Below, in pieces: positions 38,713 through 49,260 of a DNA stretch of 64,000 bases (position 1 is its first letter; each line of letters opens with the position of its first letter). The translations under genes and the position numbers were made by a program. The notes beneath the pieces are model-generated. The model did not search any database. It saw only the letters and a list, made by a program, of their open reading frames with translations, and was not told the DNA's origin. The stretch is taken from contig JAZDNN010000024.1 in NCBI GenBank assembly GCA_043799675.1, positions 7,418 through 71,417 on the forward strand. The letters are read 5' to 3'. Origin of the DNA: Candidatus Aenigmatarchaeota archaeon (GTDB lineage: Archaea > Aenigmatarchaeota > Aenigmatarchaeia > Aenigmatarchaeales > JACQIB01).

Positions 38713-39435
38713 TTGTTAAAATTACATGTGGTAAAGAAAGCCGGAAAAACCGAGGAACGCCCGACACTTCAGCGGGTGACGACAGGCATCACGGGGCTTG
38801 ACAAGCTTCTGGAAGGCGGCCTGGTGAAAGGCAGCACCGTCCTGCTCGCCGGCGGACCCGGCACCGGAAAGACCATTTTCTGCGCCCAGTTCCTGATGGA
38901 GGGGCTGAAAAGGGGCGAAAAGTGCCTTTACATAACGCTTGAAGAAAGTCCCGAGGACATAATCGACGACTGCATGCGGTTCGGGTGGGACCTTTCCAAA
39001 TACCTGGCCAACTGCCAGCTGAAAATCGAATTCAAGGACCCGCTGGAAATGGTCGACGTCAAAAGGGAGTTTCTGGACAACCTGTGCCGGCTGAAAATGG
39101 ACAGGGTGGTCATAGACAGCACATCGGTGATGGGGCTCTACTTCAAGAACCCGTCCGACATCAGGAAGAACCTGTACCAGACCCTGCAGGCCATCAAACG
39201 GAGCGGCGCGACCACGGTAGTAACAGCGGAAGCGCCGGAAGAAGGGAAGACCATAACGCGATTTGGGGTGGAGGAATACGTGACGGACGGCGTGATAACC
39301 ATGCATTTTGTCGGATTCGGTGGCGCTTCCTACCACAGCCTCCAGATACGGAAGATGAGACGGACCGACCACGGCAAGGACATCTACCCGATGTTCATCA
39401 ACAGGAACGGTATCGAAATAAAGAAACTGGAATAA
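38713..39435 (+). CDS. KaiC/RadA-like single-domain ATPase (second copy)
   Basis: Walker A GGPGTGKT. Confidence 0.7.
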   Translation: MLKLHVVKKAGKTEERPTLQRVTTGITGLDKLLEGGLVKGSTVLLAGGPGTGKTIFCAQFLMEGLKRGEKCLYITLEESPEDIIDDCMRFGWDLSKYLANCQLKIEFKDPLEMVDVKREFLDNLCRLKMDRVVIDSTSVMGLYFKNPSDIRKNLYQTLQAIKRSGATTVVTAEAPEEGKTITRFGVEEYVTDGVITMHFVGFGGASYHSLQIRKMRRTDHGKDIYPMFINRNGIEIKKLE

Positions 39436-39437
39436 AA

Positions 39438-40811
39438 TTAGAACTTCTTGACTATACGAAGGCGCTTGGGGGTGCCGTTTACCACAAGCATCTTCTGGAA
39501 TTCGTCATGCGGGACGGGATGAACGTTAACGTTCAGTATTCCCGCTTCATACGCCTGGAACAGCTGCTCCGTACGCTGGTCCTTTGAGAGGCTATCCAGG
39601 ATGGCATCGGTTATCCGCCCCTTGTCAAGCCCGCCATTGTCAATCAGTATGTCGAACTTGTGGGTCTTGCCTTCGGAATCCTTGCTCCAATGTATCTGCC
39701 AGTCGGGTATCAAATACTCCTGTCCGACCTCCTCGAACCTGCGCTCTATGTGATTCTCATAGGTCTTGGCCCCGCCTATGTTCAGCACCTTGTCTGTCCT
39801 CGATATCACGCGGGCGTTCGGCGCGGTTATGCCGCACGGGCATTCGGTATCAATGATCTCGATGACGTCCCCTATATCATAGTTGATGAGCGCAAAGGCC
39901 TCCCTGTTCGGGGTTGTGGCACGCAAGGGCCCGATGTCCCCTTTCTTGCATTCCCACAGCCACTTGGGTCCCTCGTCGGTCATGAGCTGGTAGATGTTAT
40001 CATCGAGAAACATGTGTGAACCTCGATGATGCTTGCATTCGACCGCCGGGGACGAAAGCTCGGCGGAGCCGTACATCTCGTATGCCTCGACTCCGAACCT
40101 TCCGAACGCTTCCCTCTGCTTCCCGTTCATCGCCTCGCCTGCCATCACGGCCATCCTCAATTTCGGGAACACCTTCTTCAGCGGGGCGGGAATCTTTTCG
40201 GCCATCGTATCCAAGAAGCGTATGCCTATCGGGGGCACCCCGGTCAGCCCGACTATGCTGCCCGCGTTCTTCATCAGGCTGCCCATAAGCTCCTGGGGTC
40301 TTGCCATGATTCCCCTTGTCACCGGTATGCTGCCGAGACCGTACGCGTCGGACGTCCAGCCGGACATTATCTGGGAACAATGGGGTGGCTCCGCTCCGAT
40401 GTTGATGACCACGTCGCCCTTTGAAAGCTCCGACATGAATGCATACCTTGACCCATAGGCCCCCAGCCTCCTGGTATCATACTCGCTGAACGGATAGAAC
40501 TTCATCTTCCTGCTGCCGGTGGAACATAACCAACCGTCATTGGCCTGTTTCACCGGTCCGGATGGGATGAGAGGGTCGCGTTCCTTGAAGCCCGTGTAGA
40601 AATCCGGCGTAAGAACCGGAACCTCCTGAAGGACGGCGAGCTCGGCAGAATAGCTTTTCCCGCCCCAGAGAAGCCTGTAGACCTCGGATTTCTTCGCACG
40701 CTCCATGACTTCCGATTCGGCGAGCATCGTCTCCGCCTGCTCCCTGAACTTGGAGCGCGGCATGTACATCGCTTCTTTCACTTCATCCAAAGAGGGTATC
40801 GGTCTCATCAT
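39438..40811 (-). CDS. phenylacetate-CoA ligase / coenzyme F390 synthetase-like adenylate-forming enzyme
   Basis: PaaK-like layout; start set to MMRPIPSL after the V4R stop. Confidence 0.55.
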   Translation of the reverse strand: MMRPIPSLDEVKEAMYMPRSKFREQAETMLAESEVMERAKKSEVYRLLWGGKSYSAELAVLQEVPVLTPDFYTGFKERDPLIPSGPVKQANDGWLCSTGSRKMKFYPFSEYDTRRLGAYGSRYAFMSELSKGDVVINIGAEPPHCSQIMSGWTSDAYGLGSIPVTRGIMARPQELMGSLMKNAGSIVGLTGVPPIGIRFLDTMAEKIPAPLKKVFPKLRMAVMAGEAMNGKQREAFGRFGVEAYEMYGSAELSSPAVECKHHRGSHMFLDDNIYQLMTDEGPKWLWECKKGDIGPLRATTPNREAFALINYDIGDVIEIIDTECPCGITAPNARVISRTDKVLNIGGAKTYENHIERRFEEVGQEYLIPDWQIHWSKDSEGKTHKFDILIDNGGLDKGRITDAILDSLSKDQRTEQLFQAYEAGILNVNVHPVPHDEFQKMLVVNGTPKRLRIVKKF

Positions 40812-40813
40812 AA

Positions 40814-41347
40814 TCACTTCACTTTCAGCACGAACTCGCAGTAAGGCGCGCCCATCGCGAGGCACCTGGTCTCCTCGCACCCGAACTTCTTGCCCTTGAA
40901 GGCGCTCTCGAACACGCCGACCATGGTGCCGCAGAAGAACCAGTCGACGGGGAACCTGGTCTTCCCGTTCAGCTTCAGCACCTCGCGCGCCATGGTGGAA
41001 TCCCTTATGTGCACCGTGGCTTCGCCGCTGAACGGGTCGTACTTGGTGACCTCCATCAGGCCGATGCCCATCATGTTGCTGCTGTCGGCCATCTGGTCGG
41101 AGAACTTCTGCTTGTCGACGCCGAAGTGCTCCATGGAGACCTTGCCTATGAGACGGCCGTGGTTCATGCCCGCTTCGTAGAACATGTCGAACGCTTTCTT
41201 GCCCTCCGTCTTGTAAATCTTCAGGAATATTTCCGCAAGGACGGGCGAGGAAACTATCACGGCACCGACGCCCATTATCTCTATCTTGCCCTCATCGAAG
41301 CTGGCGAGGTTGGCGAAAATCATCTTGTTCATGAACTTGGAAAACAT
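40814..41347 (-). CDS. V4R domain protein
   Basis: 177 aa, C-terminal Cys pattern C...C..C typical of V4R. Confidence 0.5.
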   Translation of the reverse strand: MFSKFMNKMIFANLASFDEGKIEIMGVGAVIVSSPVLAEIFLKIYKTEGKKAFDMFYEAGMNHGRLIGKVSMEHFGVDKQKFSDQMADSSNMMGIGLMEVTKYDPFSGEATVHIRDSTMAREVLKLNGKTRFPVDWFFCGTMVGVFESAFKGKKFGCEETRCLAMGAPYCEFVLKVK

Positions 41348-41439
41348 ACGATACCAGTCTTACGATACCTATTTTCACAAATAAAGGTTCCTCCCGACAA
41401 AAGTTAACGGGATTTATCCTTTGCGCCTGAAGTATCCGC

Positions 41440-43065
41440 ATGGCGAGAGTGTTCCTGAGCCCGATATACGGCGACAAGAAAACGCAGACGTTCGACTGCC
41501 TGACGCCGAATCCGGGTCCGGCAATGCTGGCAGCCTCGCTGCTGAAGGAAGGCCAAACCGTCCGCATCTACGACCCGAACCTTCCGCGCAACAGCATGAA
41601 GGGGCTTGAGACTTGCATAGACGGGTACGACCCCGACCTGCTTGCCCTCAGCGTCTACCAGAACGGCTTCTTCGACACGATAGACCTGGCAAAGAGGGTC
41701 AAGAAAAAACACCCGGAAATCAAGATAGCCGCCGGCGGACCGCAGATAACCACATGGGACTCCTACGTCTACAACGTGACCGATGCGTTCGACGTCCTCG
41801 GCATCGGGGAAGGCGAATACACGATAACCGGCCTGGCGGATTGGGCGGACGGCGGTAAGCTGGGCGAAGTTCCCGGAATAATCTACAAGGAAGGGGGAGA
41901 AATCAGAAGGAACCCGCCGAAGGTGTTCACGAACCTTGATGAGCTTCCCTCACCCGCATGGCAGCTGTTCGAGCTGGACAAGTACCTGCCGATGTTCCCT
42001 CTCGAGCTCGGAAGGAGCTGCCCATGGGCCAAGTGCGCATTCTGCGTGCACGGAAAGCTCTCGGGAAAGAGGAGGGAACGCTCGCCAAAAATCTCTGTCG
42101 ACGAAATGGAGAGAGACATAAAGGAATACGGAATGACCAACTTCAGGATAACCGACTCATCGCCCACACATCGCACGCTGGAAGGCTTTTCGGACGAGAT
42201 TCTCAACAGAAAACTGAAGGAGAAGTATGACGTCAAGTGGTGCACCCTGGTAAGGGCCAAGGAAACGGATTTCCCTTTATCGAAGAAGATGCATGCGGCC
42301 GGATGCGTTGCCGAATTCATCGGTGCGGAGTCCGGGGACGACCAGATGCTCCGGCGCATGAACAAGGGCGAAACAGCTGACGAAAATCGCAAGGCAATCA
42401 TGGCGGCAAAAGATGCCGGGGTGAAGGCGTCTGTCAGCACCATAATCGGCTTCCCGGGGGAGACCGAGGAGAGCATCCAGAAGACGGTCAATCTCATTTA
42501 CGAGACCATGCCGGACTCTGTCATGATATACCCGCTGGGCGTGATGCCCAGCACGCCGCTGTCGGGAAACCCCGAAAAATACGGAATCAAGCTGCATGAA
42601 GACTGGAAAGAAAAGTTCATGAAAACCAGTGTCAAGCTGATAGGCGGAAGGATGAAGGTGCCCCATTATTTCGATTACGCGGACGGGAAGCCGAACACTT
42701 ATTACGGCAAGAAAGTTGGCAAGCTCCTCATGAAGAACGCGAAGGCGCTGGTCCGGAAGGGGGTGCTCATCCAGGTACCGGAGCACCTGTTCCTGTTCGC
42801 GGAAATGCTGGAAAAGGAGAAGGCCGGAAGGCTCATCAACAATCCGGAGGCGGCATACGAATCCAAAATCAAGAATGCCTGGACCACCGTGAAAAAGAAG
42901 GCCGTGAAAGCGATGGGCAAACCGGATTTCCCGTACGAGATGAAAATGATGAACGGCTTCCACAGCTGGCTGAGGAACGGGTATGCCGAGGGCGTTGAAG
43001 AGATTGTCGGCATGATGTGGGAAAACAGCAGGGCCCGGGCCGGGGGCAAAGCGAAGGCATTATAA
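41440..43065 (+). CDS. B12-binding domain radical SAM protein
   Basis: N-terminal cobalamin-binding Rossmann region then CPWAKCAFC radical SAM cluster motif. Confidence 0.75.
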   Translation: MARVFLSPIYGDKKTQTFDCLTPNPGPAMLAASLLKEGQTVRIYDPNLPRNSMKGLETCIDGYDPDLLALSVYQNGFFDTIDLAKRVKKKHPEIKIAAGGPQITTWDSYVYNVTDAFDVLGIGEGEYTITGLADWADGGKLGEVPGIIYKEGGEIRRNPPKVFTNLDELPSPAWQLFELDKYLPMFPLELGRSCPWAKCAFCVHGKLSGKRRERSPKISVDEMERDIKEYGMTNFRITDSSPTHRTLEGFSDEILNRKLKEKYDVKWCTLVRAKETDFPLSKKMHAAGCVAEFIGAESGDDQMLRRMNKGETADENRKAIMAAKDAGVKASVSTIIGFPGETEESIQKTVNLIYETMPDSVMIYPLGVMPSTPLSGNPEKYGIKLHEDWKEKFMKTSVKLIGGRMKVPHYFDYADGKPNTYYGKKVGKLLMKNAKALVRKGVLIQVPEHLFLFAEMLEKEKAGRLINNPEAAYESKIKNAWTTVKKKAVKAMGKPDFPYEMKMMNGFHSWLRNGYAEGVEEIVGMMWENSRARAGGKAKAL

Positions 43066-43087
43066 GCGGCAGAATGCTTTTTCTCTG

Positions 43088-44743
43088 ATGTCGTGGCACG
43101 AGCTGAAGGCGGAAATTGCGAAGCATCTTGATGTGCCGGAGCAGGAAATAGAAGAGCCCGGCAAGGAAGGTTTCGGGGACTTTGCGTGGCCGGCATTCTC
43201 GAAAGCAAAGGCAGAAAAGAAGAACCCGGTCGAGATTGCAAAGGCACTTGCAGCCAAGCTCAAGGTGAAAGGGATAAAGGAAATCAAGGCGGTCGGGCCG
43301 TACGTCAACTTCTTTGTCGACTGGGCTGCGCTTGGGAACGACATTCTGAAAGAGGCCGGATCCGGCTACGGAAAAGGGAAGGAAAAGAAAAGAGCGGTCA
43401 TAGACCTGAGCAGCCCGAACCCCGCACACCCGTTCCACATGGGGACGGTGAGGAGCACGGTGATAGGCGAGGCGGTAGCAAGGACACTTGAAAGCAGGGG
43501 ATGGAAGGTCGACAGGCTGTGCTATGTCAACGACCTTGGAAAGCAGGCAGCCACTTTGCTTACAGGATACCTGCGCTATGCGAACGGGCAGAAACCGGAA
43601 GGAAAGCCGGACGTCTGGCTCGGCAAGCTTTACATGAAAATCAACGAGGAGAGCGAACAGATAGAGGACGAGGTGTTCCAGAACCTGCACAAGTACGAGC
43701 TCGGCGACAAGACGATGAGGGAGCTCGGAAGGAAGGTTTTCGGCTGGTGCCTTGAAGGGTTCGGGCAGAACTGGAAGCTGCTCGGGGTTAAGTTCGACCA
43801 CATGTTCTGGGAATCCGACCTGGTCGGGGAGAGCAAACTGATAATCAAGGAGCTCGAGAAGAAGAAACTCACGTTCGAATCGGAGGGGGCGATGGTGCTG
43901 AATCTTGAGCCGCACGGCCTTCCGAACACCATAATCCAGCGGAAGGACGGCTCCGGTCTCTACCTCTCAAGGGACATACCGCAGGCGATATGGAGATGGA
44001 AGAACATGAAGCCCGACCTGAACCTGTACGTGGTCGCGGAGGGGCAGAGCACCCACTTCAACCAGCTGTTCAAGACGCTGGAGCTGCTCGGCCACGGGGA
44101 GCTGGCAAAGAGGAGCAGGCATCTCGCTTACGGGACGGTGCTACTTGAGGGGGAGAAGATGTCCTCAAGGAAGGGCATCACGGTCCTGTGGGACCAGCTG
44201 CTTGAAGAGGGGATAAAGCGGGCCAAAGAGGAGATAATCGGGCGCTGGCCCGACCTGAGCGAGAAGGAAAGGAATGAAAGGGCGGAACAGATAGCGGTCG
44301 GCGCAATCGTATATTACATCCTAAAATATTCACCGGAGAAGACGGTCAACTTCACCTGGAGCGAGGCAATGAGGTTCGAAGGGGACACCGGACCATACCT
44401 GCAATACACCCATGCAAGGGCCAAGAGCATACTCGCAAAGGAGAAGGCAAAATCGTTCGATGCCAAGCACCTCACGGATGAAAAGGAGAAAAACCTGCTG
44501 AGGATGCTTGCCCAGTGGCCTTCCGTGCTGAAAAAATCGGCAGCGGACCTCCAGCCTCATCAGGTCGCCGAATACCTCCACAGGCTTGCCGATTCATTCA
44601 ACGAGTTCTACCAGACGGTAAGGGTGATACAGGCGGAAAAGAACGAGCAGAAGCAGGCGAGGCTGAAACTGGTCGAGGCGGTCTCCGAGGTCCTCAAGAC
44701 GGCGATGACACTGCTGGCAGTTCCTTCACCTGACAAGATGTGA
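43088..44743 (+). CDS. argS: arginyl-tRNA synthetase
   Basis: class I HIGH-like PFHMGTVRS and KMSSRKG motifs; 551 aa. Confidence 0.85.
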   Translation: MSWHELKAEIAKHLDVPEQEIEEPGKEGFGDFAWPAFSKAKAEKKNPVEIAKALAAKLKVKGIKEIKAVGPYVNFFVDWAALGNDILKEAGSGYGKGKEKKRAVIDLSSPNPAHPFHMGTVRSTVIGEAVARTLESRGWKVDRLCYVNDLGKQAATLLTGYLRYANGQKPEGKPDVWLGKLYMKINEESEQIEDEVFQNLHKYELGDKTMRELGRKVFGWCLEGFGQNWKLLGVKFDHMFWESDLVGESKLIIKELEKKKLTFESEGAMVLNLEPHGLPNTIIQRKDGSGLYLSRDIPQAIWRWKNMKPDLNLYVVAEGQSTHFNQLFKTLELLGHGELAKRSRHLAYGTVLLEGEKMSSRKGITVLWDQLLEEGIKRAKEEIIGRWPDLSEKERNERAEQIAVGAIVYYILKYSPEKTVNFTWSEAMRFEGDTGPYLQYTHARAKSILAKEKAKSFDAKHLTDEKEKNLLRMLAQWPSVLKKSAADLQPHQVAEYLHRLADSFNEFYQTVRVIQAEKNEQKQARLKLVEAVSEVLKTAMTLLAVPSPDKM

Positions 44744-44814
44744 GCCCCGAGAGAACCTAGGTTCCCTTAAGGGTTTATTCCTCCTAAATTGGCTGCGGCC
44801 ATAATGAGAAAATA

Positions 44815-45225
44815 TTATTTCTTTTTTCCGGCGCGCAATATCCTGTAGACATCCTTGTCGACAAGGCACGGGCATTTGTCGCAGGTTTCGTTCCTGCACT
44901 TGTAGCCGACAATCTTTTCTTCCGATTTCACTATCTTGGGGTCTCTTGAATCCGGGAGCTCGGCCTCAAGGTCTTCAACCTCTGAAATGGAGTCTTCGTT
45001 CTCAGGCCTCCTTTCATACGTGAGCGTCATGGTGATGGACGCTTCGCGCACGGAAAGTATCGGAGAGGTCGTATCTTTAAAGTATTTTATCAGGGCCTTC
45101 TTGCCCAGATAAGCCGGCAACGCGCTGACAACCTCATTGTCGTCCCTTGAGTCGCCCGTCTTAAAACCGAAAACACACCTGCAGTCCTCGTATTCAGCCA
45201 TATTGTTGCCTGAAATCAGTTGCAT
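44815..45225 (-). CDS. hypothetical protein with C-terminal zinc ribbon
   Basis: CRNETCDKCPC. Confidence 0.35.
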   Translation of the reverse strand: MQLISGNNMAEYEDCRCVFGFKTGDSRDDNEVVSALPAYLGKKALIKYFKDTTSPILSVREASITMTLTYERRPENEDSISEVEDLEAELPDSRDPKIVKSEEKIVGYKCRNETCDKCPCLVDKDVYRILRAGKKK

Positions 45226-45387
45226 GGAAAAGGATTTAAACGGGCATCATCCGCTTGCAGAAAACACCGCTTCCGTCGGAAATGATTCCTTCCTATTTCC
45301 GCTTGTGCTTCGCCTTGAGCTTACCCATGAACGTATTTCCGGCATTCAGCTCATTCGATGCATCATCGAAATCGTTTATCATCATGA

Positions 45388-45891
45388 TCACGAGCAGCTC
45401 AGCAGGGCCTGCAGCTTCTCGGCCGAGCTGAAAATGTTGTTGAGATTGACGCCCACGATGGGAATCTGGTAGCGCTTGCCGTGCATCGCCGTTTCCAGCT
45501 CCTCGATCAGGACCCCCTTGCCCGGAACGTTCCTTGTGCCGTTGGCGAGCTGATGGACCGCCCAGGTCGGGTTGAACTCGACCCCTAACACCCCAACTAT
45601 CTGGTATTTTGATTTCATGTAACTCTCAATCTGCCTGACAATATCGTCGGCGTGCTTCTTGCAGGTGCCCCTGTAGGCCTTGGTGTCGAGCGCCTCCTTC
45701 CCTTTCGACTTGCGGTCAAGGCCGAAGCACTCGAGCTCGGGATCAGGAAGCTGTATTATGCCTATTCCGGATTCCCCCAGCAGTTCAAGCAGTTCCTTGA
45801 CGGCACCCGGAGCGCGTTCGCAACCGGCGGCAGCCGCGTTCTGGTTCAGAAGCAAGTGCGAAACAAATATTACTTTTCTGCTCCTTTCCAT
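45388..45891 (-). CDS. DUF523-like protein
   Basis: VSHLLLNQNAAAAGCE motif; internal ATG chosen. Confidence 0.4.
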   Translation of the reverse strand: MERSRKVIFVSHLLLNQNAAAAGCERAPGAVKELLELLGESGIGIIQLPDPELECFGLDRKSKGKEALDTKAYRGTCKKHADDIVRQIESYMKSKYQIVGVLGVEFNPTWAVHQLANGTRNVPGKGVLIEELETAMHGKRYQIPIVGVNLNNIFSSAEKLQALLSCS

Positions 45892-46099
45892 GATCAAACC
45901 ACTCAATAGGGGGGTCCGTTTTGCAAAACCCCAGAACCGCCCTGACATATACTGTGGCCAACACGTATTTAAAGTTTACTCGGATTGTGTAGTGAACAGA
46001 ACAACCGTTCGGCAATGGTCGAAGCGATACGACGAGCTTTTATCCATTGTGACGGAACAACATAATCCGGATTGAAGCTGCCGAAAGAAGGAATGAAAA

Positions 46100-46963
46100 A
46101 TGCCAAAGGAAACGGATGAAGAACTGCTGGACGACATGACAGCGGCGGAAATAGACTTCATACGCTACAGCGAGATTGTGGACTGCCTGAAGGACGTGAA
46201 CGGACCGAGAGGTCCGCCGCTGAAGAACGCGAACGACATGTACACTTTCTTCATGCGATATGCGCGCGACCATACGGATGATCCTTACAACAAATTCTCA
46301 TGGTATCCCGAAAGGGACGGGCCGAACGGATACGTGCGCCGCCTGGATGATTCCATAGAGAAGGCGGAAAAGAGCGTGTTCGAAATAAGCGGTGACGGGG
46401 ACTTCGCAAAGAGCGATGAACGGATGGCGATGTACAAACGGAAAATAGCCGGCGAGGTCGTTTCGACGGTAAGGAAGGCGGAAGACGGCAGGGACGAAAC
46501 CGTACAGACGGAAAAGAAAGGGATACAGATGCGCTTCATGCTCGATGTCGAGGAGGGCTGGCTTAAATCGCTTGACAACTTCGAGCGGTTGGTGGAAGCC
46601 GGCGCGGAGATAAGAAATTTCATACCCGGCACGCCCTATGGAAAGTCCCATTTCGGCGTAATCGACGATAAAATGTTCTTCAGCATAACCAGGCAGCAGA
46701 CGCCGGAATCCACCATATCAAAGACCGTCGGGGAACCGCAGATGGAAAAAAGCATCAAGGAGAGCACCGGCGAGACCATACAGGAAATGAGATACGCCAT
46801 GTTCACAACCGAGCATCCTGTCGTCGTGAAGACGGCGAAAGGCGTGCTCAAACGCTGGTGGGCAAACGCCGAAGAGTACGAGCCTGCCGTGAAAAGACTC
46901 GGAGGTTTTCACGAGGAGCATTCGGTAATCAACGGCGCCAACGGCAACGGAAAGCGATATTAA
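46100..46963 (+). CDS. hypothetical protein
   Basis: ORF, 287 aa. Confidence 0.4.
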   Translation: MPKETDEELLDDMTAAEIDFIRYSEIVDCLKDVNGPRGPPLKNANDMYTFFMRYARDHTDDPYNKFSWYPERDGPNGYVRRLDDSIEKAEKSVFEISGDGDFAKSDERMAMYKRKIAGEVVSTVRKAEDGRDETVQTEKKGIQMRFMLDVEEGWLKSLDNFERLVEAGAEIRNFIPGTPYGKSHFGVIDDKMFFSITRQQTPESTISKTVGEPQMEKSIKESTGETIQEMRYAMFTTEHPVVVKTAKGVLKRWWANAEEYEPAVKRLGGFHEEHSVINGANGNGKRY

Positions 46964-46973
46964 ATTCTGAAAA

Positions 46974-47801
46974 TCATTTCAGCTGCTTCCAGCAATTCTC
47001 GAAATTCTCGCGCAGGGCCGTAACAAGCGGCTGGCTATCGATGGTCATGAACTCGTAGCGGAACTCGGAATCGGTCCCGGGCTCGCCGGATGAGATTTCG
47101 GCCCCCTTCACCAACGGTATCTTGCTTATCACTATCGCCATGCAGCTGTCGGCGACATGCGCGCGGAGGTCGCCTGCATAGCCCGAGCGGACGGACAGGC
47201 CGAGCTGCTTCGCCTTCCGTATGTTCTCGGCTATCTTTTTGTTGCCTGTCGGGTCCTTCAAAATGACACGGACATGGATGCCCTTGCGGACCATGCTGCG
47301 AAGGACATCAGAGGACTCCCATATCCAGGACATGTCACCGGCGAAAATCGCGACGTCCTTCCTTGCGCACTTTTTTATCTCGTCAAGGAGCTTGCTGACG
47401 TTCGCCCTTTTCTGGGTCGACCAGATGTTCGAGCTGTCATCACCGACCACGAGCTCCGGCTCTATGTGCGAAAGGACCTCGGCGGCATCCTTCACGCGCG
47501 CCTTCATGGTCTCGAGCTGGGCGGTCAGATGCTTGTTTCTGGTCTCGGTGTAACGCTCAAGGGCGGTTGCAGCCGGGACGGCCTTGAACACCTTCGGCCT
47601 GGTCTTGCTGACCAGAACAAATCCTTTCCGCTGGAGCTCGGTTATGGTATCATAAACACGCGGAAGCGGGATGTGAGCCATCTCGCTTATCTTCTCGGCA
47701 GTAAGGGTGCCGTAACGCAAAAGAGACACGAACGCCTTCGCCTCGTACTCCGTGAGGCCTATCGACTTGAGCACCGCTTCCGGCTGTTCCATTTCCCCCA
47801 T
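46974..47801 (-). CDS. TrmB family transcriptional regulator
   Basis: N-terminal winged HTH LTEYEAKAFVSLLRYGTLTAEKISE...RVYDTITELQRKGFV plus sugar-binding-like C-domain. Confidence 0.7.
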   Translation of the reverse strand: MGEMEQPEAVLKSIGLTEYEAKAFVSLLRYGTLTAEKISEMAHIPLPRVYDTITELQRKGFVLVSKTRPKVFKAVPAATALERYTETRNKHLTAQLETMKARVKDAAEVLSHIEPELVVGDDSSNIWSTQKRANVSKLLDEIKKCARKDVAIFAGDMSWIWESSDVLRSMVRKGIHVRVILKDPTGNKKIAENIRKAKQLGLSVRSGYAGDLRAHVADSCMAIVISKIPLVKGAEISSGEPGTDSEFRYEFMTIDSQPLVTALRENFENCWKQLK

Positions 47802-47861
47802 TAACCCACCATCAGTTTAATTCGCTGCGGCGTAATAGCTCCATAAAAGGTTATAAAGCTA

Positions 47862-48353
47862 TTGGACTGGCGCAAGGCATTTCACGACCGGTCATTTAAG
47901 AGCCGGAAAACAAAGCTGCTCATGCCGAAGTTCAGGTTCATTCCCGAGATAGCGATAGCTGATGTAGCCTTCGAAGCGGAAGGTAAGGACATCAATGAGC
48001 TGTTTGTGAACTGCGCCCTTGCAACCGAGGAATCCATGGTCAACACAAAGAAGGTGAAGCCGAAGGTCAGCAAGACCATAAAGCTGGAAGCGGATGCGCT
48101 GGACAGACTGATGATTGACTGGCTGAACGAGGTGATTTACTACAAGGACGCGGAGGGGCTGCTGTTTTGTGAATTCATCGTCAAGGTATTGCAAAAGGGA
48201 AAGAACTGGACGCTTGAAGCCACGGCAAAGGGCGAAAAGAGGGACCCGAAGAAGCACGAGCTCAGGGCGGATGTGAAGGCGGCGACTTGGCACCTTTTTG
48301 AACTGAAGCAGGAAAAGGGCAAGTGGAAAGCGAGGATTGTAGAGGATATCTGA
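47862..48353 (+). CDS. archease (RtcB activator)
   Basis: FIPEIAIADVAFEAEGKDINELFVNCALA matches the archease N-terminal signature. Confidence 0.6.
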   Translation: MDWRKAFHDRSFKSRKTKLLMPKFRFIPEIAIADVAFEAEGKDINELFVNCALATEESMVNTKKVKPKVSKTIKLEADALDRLMIDWLNEVIYYKDAEGLLFCEFIVKVLQKGKNWTLEATAKGEKRDPKKHELRADVKAATWHLFELKQEKGKWKARIVEDI

Positions 48354-48362
48354 TTACAACGC

Positions 48363-49196
48363 TTAGCTGCGTATTCCGCGGATTGTCCCTGTCGTGAACA
48401 CATTGTTGCCCTGGTCGACGTAATCTATCCGCACCGACACGCTGTACGGGTCCCCTGCGTTGCCGTTATTTCCCCGGCCGACATACCATGCGCTGTAATC
48501 GGGTTCCAGAGTTGGCGCGTTGATGTTGCTCAATAACGTTCCGTTCAGGGATACCAAGGCAATAGTTATAGCGTAATTGAAATGGGAATTCAGCAGGAGC
48601 ATCCTGAAAGTGCCGTTATGCGAGTAATCTGCATCGATCACGTCTATGCTGCCGAAATCGGATATCATCTTCGGCGTGCATGCCTGCGATTCCTGCGGTT
48701 TTGTATTATTCAGACCGCACGAAGCGGCATCAACACACGTACGCGTCTGCATCGCATTGGCGCCGCAAACCGACCACGCGCTGCACTGCCATACCGGGGC
48801 GCACGTGCATGCATCGCTTTCGGATGGCTTGCCTACGGTCGTCCCGCAGTGGTTCGAATCGCTGCACGTCCTTGTCTGGGTTCCCCCGACGCACAGGGAC
48901 CACGCACCGCAATACCAGTTCGGCGTACAATGGGTCACCTGCGCACAGCCGTTGGTTTCCTCCGGCCTGCCCGTGTTCGTACCGCAGGAGTTCTCATCAA
49001 CGCACGTCCTGGTCTGGACTCCGGAGACCGAGCATGCGCTCCATGCGCCGCACTGCCAGTCCGGCGTGCATACAGCTGGTGTCGGTTCGGGTTCAATCGG
49101 CCTTACAATAAACTGCATGACGAATACCAACGCAAGCGCGATGAGCATCAGGGACAATATCAGGATGACGGCGTTTTTGCTTCCGAATTTCAGCAC
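48363..49196 (-). CDS. secreted Cys-rich repeat protein (4 repeats of CxPxWxCxAWSxCxxxGxQTRTCxDxNxCG)
   Basis: signal anchor; repeats directly visible. Confidence 0.55.
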   Translation of the reverse strand: MLKFGSKNAVILILSLMLIALALVFVMQFIVRPIEPEPTPAVCTPDWQCGAWSACSVSGVQTRTCVDENSCGTNTGRPEETNGCAQVTHCTPNWYCGAWSLCVGGTQTRTCSDSNHCGTTVGKPSESDACTCAPVWQCSAWSVCGANAMQTRTCVDAASCGLNNTKPQESQACTPKMISDFGSIDVIDADYSHNGTFRMLLLNSHFNYAITIALVSLNGTLLSNINAPTLEPDYSAWYVGRGNNGNAGDPYSVSVRIDYVDQGNNVFTTGTIRGIRS

Positions 49197-49260
49197 AACT
49201 GAAATGGTGATTATCGCTTAATAAAGAAAAATTTCGGCTTTGCTATCTGATTGCAGGCGC

